64,000 nucleotides of DNA, from positions 687 to 64,686 of the forward strand of contig CAZDOJ010000002.1 in assembly GCA_964507055.1 (NCBI GenBank). The letters are read 5' to 3'. The position numbers and the translations under genes are program-made. Each line of letters begins with the position of its first letter. The stretch's first letter is position 1. The notes under the pieces are model-generated. The model was given only the letters and a program-made list of their open reading frames with translations, did no database searches and was not told where the DNA came from. Source of the stretch: an uncultured Gammaproteobacteria bacterium. GTDB lineage: Bacteria; Patescibacteriota; Microgenomatia; Levybacterales; UBA12049. Positions 1 to 8,400 of this stretch are shown here, one piece after another.

Positions 1-2424
1 TTTGGTACTACCTTTGACCGACTTGGAGCGGCAATATCTGTCCGTAATACCAATACATCCGATCAATATGTGGCTGAATACTTTGGACAAAACTCATCGT
101 ATGCAGGATTTTTGGTCGCAGCAGAAGCAAATAATGCAGTACCATTTATTCAATTTGCAGATAATGCAGGATCTTCTTGTTGTTCTGTTACTTCAGATTG
201 GACATTGACCAGTGAAAATGCACGGTTCAATTTCCGACCAGGGAACGCAGTGCAGGCTCCTATTTTCACTCTGACAAACAATGGTTCTGTTGGTATTAAT
301 GCTGTTTCACAACTTGCAACACTTGATGTTCGAGGTAATACAGGTACATCTCCAATAGCATCTTTCTCTGGAGCAACTACACATGCAAGCTTGGTTGTTG
401 ACCAGTCAGGAACCGGAGACATATTTACAGCAAGTAAGAGTGGAGCAACGAAGTTCGTTATCAATAATGCCGGTAATGTAGGCATCGGGACTTCCCAGCC
501 TAGTGCACTGCTACATCTTGCAGGAACAAACGCTGGAGGCACAACTGGTATTAGTGCAGCTCAAGTATTGCAAATGACAGGTGGTAATGGCGGTACGGGG
601 TCAAGCGGTTCATCAGGCGGTACCGGAGGTAATGGAAGTGCGTTCACTTTTGCAGGTGGAACCGGAGGTAATGGAGGAGCTGGAACTACTGTTTTGGGCG
701 GTACTGGAGGTAATGGAAGTGCATTTAACTTTACGGGTGGAGCTGGAGGAACGGGTGGAGCCGCAACAAGTGGTTTGGCTGGAGCTGGAGGTACAGGTAG
801 TAGCTTATTCCTTACTGGAGGTAACGGTGGAGCTGGTGGAAGTGCTGGCAGTGGAGCTGGTGGGAATGGAGGAACTGGTGGCTCAATCAATCTCCAAGGA
901 GGACTTGGAGGAGTGCTTGGTACAGGAAGTGGTGGAAATGGATCTGCAGGTTCTATCGGAAGCATTAATATGCAAGTGAGTGGAGGTAATGTAGGTATTG
1001 GAACAAATGCTCCAACATCATTGCTTGACCTTAGACTTGCAGGTACCAATAAAGGTGACATGATGCAATTTGGAAATATTACGGATGGTGTATATGGTCG
1101 AATTGGAACAAGTGGCGGGACTGGTTTTCCTTTCTACATTTTTGGATCAAGTGGAGATGATTTAGCACTCGGAGCAGATAATGTAGAGAAAGTACGTATT
1201 ACCGCAACTGGTGCAGTAGGTATAGGAACCATAACACCGCTTGCAACATTGGATGTACGAGGAACATCCGGAACAACGCCAATTGCATCATTCTCAGGTA
1301 CAACAGCACGGGCTGGTTTAATCGTCGATAATAATGGAGTTGGAGACTTATTTACAGCGTCAAAGAGTGGTGCTACCAAGTTCGCTGTCTTAAATAATGG
1401 TGATGTGAGAATTGCAAATCTTACCGCTGCTGGCGGAGTTCTCTATACAAATGGTACTGGAACAATTGCTCAGACTGCTCAAGGAGCATCAGGACAATGT
1501 CTCCAATCACAAGGTGTCGGCGGTGCTCCAGTATGGGGATCTTGTGATTCAGCAAGTAGTGTCGATGCATTCACTGTCGCAAATGGACTTGTATACAATG
1601 GCAACCAAACAACAGACTTCGCATTTGGAGGTACATCATCAGCAAGTGCGAAGTTCAAGATCAGTGTCAGTGGTACACAACCAACAGCATCTGTCGCAGG
1701 ACAGACTTCAAATGCAGCAATGATTGTAGATCAGAATGGCGTTGGTGATGTCTTCACAGCATCTAAATCTGGAAAGACATTCTTTACCGTTAAGAATAAT
1801 GGTGTTATCCAAATGGGTAATAACACTGATGGAATTACATTTGATTACCTTAATGGCGGACCAAATTATGTAGGAAAAGCACGTCCAACAAAGCAAATTA
1901 TCCTTTCACCTGAATATGCTGGTGGTATCATGACCGCTTCAGGATCGGCGACAACTGATGGAGATATGACTGCTGATGCATCTGCTTCGGCATCGACATT
2001 GATTACATTAAATGGTGTTGCAAACAACTATCTCACATACTACGAATGGTCATCAGATGAAACATCATTCCAAGATTACACTGTTGGAGTTCGTGTCACA
2101 TTACCACCAGACTTCTCATCATGGGCTCCAGGAGGTTCATCAATTCAAGTCGTCTACAACACAGAATTGGGTACAAGTACTAGTAACAAGATGGATATGA
2201 TTATCTATCCATCAAGTAGCTCAACACCTACTGTCTATCGCCAAACACAAAATTCAGCTTCCAAGACTTGGACAACTATCGATGTCCCAGCGACAGATTT
2301 GAATGATGGAACACCTTGGAATGCTGCAAGTCAGTCAGCGATGTTGTACTTCAAGATGTCATCCAAAGACGGTAATCACGTCCAATTAGGTGACATTATC
2401 TTGAACTACCTCAGTAAGTTCTAG
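1..2424 (+). CDS. Gly-rich fibre-like repeat surface protein. 5' end is truncated by the window edge; the frame is open back to nt 1 and the annotated GTG at 70 is not the true start.
   Basis: Frame 1 has no stop from nt 1. A ~80-aa unit (LATLDVRG(N/T)(T/S)GT(S/T)PIASFSG(A/T)T..A.L(V/I)VD(Q/N)(S/N)G(T/V)GD(I/L)FTASKSGATKF(V/A)(I/V)(N/L)N) occurs at ~310-480 and ~1240-1410, with a shorter third copy at ~1690-1800. A long GGTGGNG/GAGG poly-Gly tract spans ~580-960. Recurrent GNVGIGT..P..LL.L motifs resemble tail-fibre / chlorovirus-glycoprotein-type repeats. Confidence 0.6.
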   Translation, partial: FGTTFDRLGAAISVRNTNTSDQYVAEYFGQNSSYAGFLVAAEANNAVPFIQFADNAGSSCCSVTSDWTLTSENARFNFRPGNAVQAPIFTLTNNGSVGINAVSQLATLDVRGNTGTSPIASFSGATTHASLVVDQSGTGDIFTASKSGATKFVINNAGNVGIGTSQPSALLHLAGTNAGGTTGISAAQVLQMTGGNGGTGSSGSSGGTGGNGSAFTFAGGTGGNGGAGTTVLGGTGGNGSAFNFTGGAGGTGGAATSGLAGAGGTGSSLFLTGGNGGAGGSAGSGAGGNGGTGGSINLQGGLGGVLGTGSGGNGSAGSIGSINMQVSGGNVGIGTNAPTSLLDLRLAGTNKGDMMQFGNITDGVYGRIGTSGGTGFPFYIFGSSGDDLALGADNVEKVRITATGAVGIGTITPLATLDVRGTSGTTPIASFSGTTARAGLIVDNNGVGDLFTASKSGATKFAVLNNGDVRIANLTAAGGVLYTNGTGTIAQTAQGASGQCLQSQGVGGAPVWGSCDSASSVDAFTVANGLVYNGNQTTDFAFGGTSSASAKFKISVSGTQPTASVAGQTSNAAMIVDQNGVGDVFTASKSGKTFFTVKNNGVIQMGNNTDGITFDYLNGGPNYVGKARPTKQIILSPEYAGGIMTASGSATTDGDMTADASASASTLITLNGVANNYLTYYEWSSDETSFQDYTVGVRVTLPPDFSSWAPGGSSIQVVYNTELGTSTSNKMDMIIYPSSSSTPTVYRQTQNSASKTWTTIDVPATDLNDGTPWNAASQSAMLYFKMSSKDGNHVQLGDIILNYLSKF

Positions 2425-2436
2425 GGGAATTGACCA

Positions 2437-5400
2437 GTGTCCAGCAGATTGGATACACTAATATTTATGTCGAAATTAACACTAACGATCACACTTTATA
2501 TCCTCAATACCATCGCATTTCGACAAGTTCCTGCGTATCATCTCACAGCAAAAAGAGCGGTAGCAATCAGACGCGGTGTCATCAGTATTCTGATTGCACT
2601 CATGGCTATAGAAAATATTATCGTTCCACTTGCTCATGCGGAACAATTGAATCCATCACCAAAAACACAAAAAGAAGCATTCAAAACATTAATAACAGAT
2701 ACAAATCTTGAAGGTGTCGATCCGTATGTCGGAGAGGGACGAGGCGTCAAATCTCTTATCCCAGCGATCACGGATTTAAGTGTTTCCAACAATTCAGCAA
2801 ATGTTGTTGTCCCGGCAAGAGTTCATAAATTGGCAAAAGAAAATTATCGACCAAATGAGGAAATAAAAGTTGTTATCGAAAATGGGTTGCATAAAGAATT
2901 CAAAACAGAACTTATCGATGCAGTTGGTGGCAAAGTCGCACTAGAAACAACTGAAACAGAAACCGGTGCTGCAAAAGTTATTACCATCAATCAGCCAAGT
3001 AGTTTTCGTCCTGGAAAATATACACTTCGAATCTCTGATGGAAAAGGTGGAGTTTCAGAGCAAGACTTCAGTTGGGGAGTACTCGCGATAAATCCAGACA
3101 AATCTATTTATTCCCCAAATGAGACTGCGGATCTTGCAATTGGTGTGTTGGATGAAGGCGGAAATATGGTTTGTGATGCACAAGTTGAATTGCAGATCAC
3201 CGATCCAAGCGGCAAGGTTACTTCACTTTCAACAGATAATGGAAAAGTCATTATTAATCCAGAATGTAAGTCACATAACTTTACCTTAAAACCCGATTAT
3301 GAGACGAACTACCACGTTGGTGGAGCCGGAAAATACAACATGAACTTGAAAGCACAAACAAAGAATGGTGAATACAGCATCTCTGATTCATTTGAAGTAC
3401 AAAATGCTGCAGCATTTGATGTCAAAAGAATTACAGCAACTCGTATTTACCCACCAAATACCTATCCCGTAACAATGGAAATCACTGCCAATCAAGATTT
3501 CGAAGGAACAGTTACTGAATCCGTGCCAGCAAGTTTCCGAATCGCAAAACCTGGTAGTCAAGTCCTCACTGAAGCACAACAGGTTGATAAGGATGTGAAT
3601 GCCTCTGATTCCGGAATCCTTGCCCCAGAACCACAATTACCAAATGCTCCTGAAGTTGCAGGTATTCAGACAACTGCTATTCTGCCATTTAATACTGTCA
3701 ATAATTTGGCTGATACAACGGGTGGAGAGCGAGCAGTCTTTGGTGTCACAATTCCAGGACTTGGTATGCCGTTTACTGGACCATTCCCAGTCACACAGGA
3801 ATTTGGAGAAAATTTGGTGCATATGGATGATGCAGGATTGTATGAAACATTTGGAATGCATGGACATGATGGCATCGATTTCGGAATGCCAATTGGCACT
3901 GCTATTCAAGCAGTCGATGGAGGGACAGTTGTCCAAGCAGGTCCTGGAGATTATGGAACCACTGTTATCGTACAGCATGCATGGGGTAAAAGTTATTACG
4001 GCCATTTGAGTGAAGTCAAAGTAAAAGTTGGGGATCAGGTCATCCGTGGAAGTGGATTGGCATTATCAGGAAACTCCGGTATCACAACTGGTCCTCATTT
4101 GCATTTCAGTGTTAAACCGGACAAGAATGATAACGACAATGGATATTATGGCAAAGTAGATCCTGCATATTATTTAGGTTTGAAACAATCAGCTGGAGTT
4201 GTTCTTGCTGCAGCTACCAAATTGCAACCAGAGACATATACAACTCCTGTTTCAACAGATATTCAAGTTCTCACCTGGAAGATTAATGTCAAAAAAGGTG
4301 ACAAGATAAAGATAGGCTACAACTACCTCGCACCAAGAATCAGTCCACAATTTTACACACTTGGTCCAGCAACATTTACTGATACAAATGGCCGTGAAGT
4401 ATTCCATGAAATTCGTAAATGGCAAATCGCATCCGATGCGTTGGAATATAAATTTAAGCGGGGATCATTCATTAAAGCAGATTGTACTGCTCCATGTAGT
4501 CAGGCTGTTAGTGGTGTTGGATTTCGAGGGAAAGCAGTTATATTTGAATGGACAAAACAAACAACAGAAGCAGCCGTTCAGGATCAGCATATGGGTGTAG
4601 GTTTTGCAACATCATCTTCCCAACAACGAGCAGTGTCATTCTGGGCGGATGATGGTGATGCGACTTCTGATACTGGAAGACTAAGATCGGATACAAAAGC
4701 GATTGTTGTCCAGACCAATGGAGGTACTATTGCTGCTCAGGCAGAGTTTGCTTCATTCGATGATGATGGTTTTACTCTCAATTGGACTACCAATAATTCG
4801 AGTGGGTATATACTTCATTACACAGTTCTGGGTGGAGCTGATGTCAGTAACGCAAAAGCAGGAACATTCACACTTACTACTGGTACAGGCTCTCTCGGTG
4901 TAACAGACCCTGGGTTCAAACCTGACTTTCTTATGGTAGCTGGAACAGCAAACGACACTGTCAATACAAATGTTGCACATGCCGCAATGAATATAGGCTA
5001 TGCAGCTGGTTCTTCTGAAGAAGGTGCGATAACTATCAACTCTGAATCAACCAGAACGACATCAGACACTTGGGGGCAACAACGCACAGACGCAACAGTT
5101 CTTCTCCTTACTCCAACGACCGGAGCACAAGATGCAATTGCCGACTTTACGAGCTTTGATACTAATGGCTTTACCTTAAACAAAAGTGATGCACCAGCTG
5201 CTAATACAGATATCTTTTATCTGGCAGTCCAAGGTGGGCAATATGATGTAGGAGCTTTGACACAACCAAGTACAGAAGGTGAATCAACTATATCAACCAA
5301 TTTCAGACCCGTTGGTGTCAGTCTTGCAAGCGAAAATGGAACCGCAAACACAGGTATCACAGCACATAGTTCTTTGTCTCTCGGTGGGGCTTCAAAAGAT

Positions 5401-8400
5401 ACTTCTAATCCATGGTGTAAGGATACGACAGGTGTTACTTGTATTGCACCAGATGGTACTTCAAGTGGTTGGTCAGAGAGAATTAAAATCTCAATAAATA
5501 ATGATGATTCTGATGAAACACTTACTGATTTCCCATTACTCGTAAAACTCAATTCCAGTAGGGTCGATTACAATAAAACACAAAATAGTGGACAGGATAT
5601 TCGTTTTGTCGACCCCGCAAATCCTAGTGTCGTTCTTTCTCATGAAATTGAAGTATGGAATGAGTCTGGAGATTCCTATGTTTGGGTAAAAATACCACAA
5701 TTACGGCCTGGAAACAATGATGTTATCTGGATGTATTACAACAATCCTTCAGCCGCAGATGGACAAGATGCAGCAAATGTTTGGAGCAATAATTACAAAG
5801 CTGTCTATCACATGGATGAACAGAGTGGCACAACCAATGCAGATTCGACAGCTAACACAAATGCTGGTTCAAAGAAATCCGCAACCGAACCAAACCCTAC
5901 AACATCTGGACCAATTGATGGGGCACAGGATTTTGATGGGACGGACGATTATGTCCGAGCAAATGATAGTAATTCATTGGACCTCGGTGCAACAGGAACG
6001 ATGAGTGTCTGGTTTAACCGAGATGGTATAGGTACATGGGATGCTTTGATTGCAAAAGGTAATGCAAATAATAGTGATATTCATAATTACGCCATGACGA
6101 TTAATACAAGTAATCAGCTTGCTGTGTATTGGGGAAATGGGTCTACTACAGAAACAATACAGACACCCACAACACTCACTAGCACTACAAATAATTACTA
6201 TGCTGCGAGTACATGGACAGGTAGTAATTACTTCCTTTATGTAAATGGAGCACAAAGCCAGACAGGAACCCAATCTATCACACCTGCCGCAAATACATCT
6301 CAATTGCGGATAGGTGAATTTGGTGGTAATGTCGACTACTTTAATGGTCTTATCGATGAAGTCAGAATTTCTTCAGTTCCTCGTTCTCAGAGTTGGATTG
6401 AAGCAGAATATTGGAGTGGTACTGATGCGATGAATACATTTAGTTCTGCTGAAAGTTATGCATCTCTTGGACAATCAATCTATCAAAGTACTCTTTGGTC
6501 AAGTGATACAGATAATCTTTCTGTTGAAGAGAATTCAAATGAGTCCACTTCAACAAATGATGTTCTAGAGTTGTTTACTAGTCCAACAGGTGTAAATCCA
6601 CCAGCAGCAGTTGCTGGTTCAGCAGAAATAACCTCATTTAATTCCAATGGGTTTAATATTAACTGGACGACAACGGATGGAACAGCACGTGAAGTTTTGT
6701 ATTGGACAGTAGGAAGTGTAACGGCATCACAAGAGGATTATCGGTGGTATAAAAATGCCAATTCGATAACGCCTGGAGTTGCTCTTGAAGATGAAAACTC
6801 TTCTACAATCATTGCTAAGAATAAGCCAACTGCTCGATTGCGTGCCAGTATGTCTGTTGGAGGAAATGGCTTGAATGCTTCATCACAAGGCTTTAAATTG
6901 CAATACGCAGCAGCAGGTGCAGAGTCGGCAGTCGGTGGTACTTCTGATTGGTGTAATGACACAACTGGTGTTACATGTATCGCTCCAGGACCACAAACAC
7001 AACAAACAGTGACTCAAACCGATTGGTGCAATGATGCGTCAGGTATTACCTGCGACACTAATTGGCAATATCGGCGTAAGATAACAATTAATAACTCAGC
7101 TTCAGGACAGACGTTAACTGATTTTCCATTACTTGTTAAGTTGGATAGTACAAGGATTGACTATTCCAAAACACAGAGTGATGGTGATGATCTCAGATTC
7201 GTTGCAGATGGTGCACCGACTGTTGTCCTCCCGCATGAAATTGAAGGAACATGGGCAAATAGTGGAACAAATTATGTTTGGGTCAAGGTCACACTAGCCT
7301 CTGGATCAACTACAGGTGCAATTTATATGTATTATGGCAATAACGGTGCTTCAAGTGGACAAGATGGCACAAATGTTTGGGATGGAAGTTATAAGGGAGT
7401 TTGGCATATGACAGAAGCTACAAGTACTGCAGGTGAAAATTACAAAGATAGTACAAGTACTAGTAATGATGGAACAGGTGGCGGCACTGGTCCTGGAGCA
7501 GGGACTGCAGGACGTAATCCAGCTCAAGCTACAGGCCAGATTGGCTATGGGCAGAGTTTTGATGGTGATAATGACGCCATCGGATTGCAAAGTAATACTC
7601 TTTATAATGCCAAAAATGCTTATACGATTGATGTTTGGATTAACCCAGACGATTGTGGAGATACCGCGACAAATGCAGCTACACTTTTTGAAAAACTTAC
7701 GGATATTTCAGAATTTTACATTTGTCGTACCAATGATAGAACATTAGCTTTATGGATTAATTCGACAGGATCCGATGCATATTCAAATACAAATGTAATT
7801 AGCTTTGGAGTATGGCAGCATATTGCAATAGTATATAACGGCTCCGGTACCGTTCAGATGTATGTAAATGGAGTTGCTGTTGGTATGACTGCTGCATCTT
7901 CAACTGAACCAACAAGTGATGGTGCAACCGCTACTGCCGTTATTGGTCAAGATGAAGCAGCAGGCGTATTAACAAGTTACAACTATGATGGACTTATGGA
8001 TGATATGCGTATCTCTGATACTGGACGTTCGGCCGATTGGTTGGAAGCAGAATATTTGACTGGAACTGATGCTATGAATTCATTTGGATCAGAGCAGACA
8101 TATCAAACGACAACTTCCACAAATGGGGGATGGGATATGCGAAAGAAGATTACTTTTAATAACGCAGATTCCACAGATAATCTTGCCAATTTCCCAGTTT
8201 TAATCAAGCTAGATTCTTCAAGAATCGATTACTCAAAGACGCAAAGTGCTGGACAAGATATCCGCTTTGTTGATCCATCCGATCCAACAACAGTTCTCCC
8301 ACATCAAATTGAAACTTGGAACGAAAGTGGGGCTTCGTATGTTTGGGTGAAAGTTCCACAGATCGATTCTGGTTCGGCTTCTGATTATATCTGGATGTAT

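Noticed and set aside
2-208. ORF 2-208 (+), overlapping the first gene in another frame.
   Set aside because: It is out of frame with the long, repeat-containing reading frame, which is open to nt 1. It is an artefact of the edge-truncated gene.
561-1061. Proline-rich 166-aa antisense ORF and other short ORFs nested inside the Gly-rich region and the giant protein.
   Set aside because: Gly-codon-rich sense sequence gives Pro-rich open antisense frames. No independent support.
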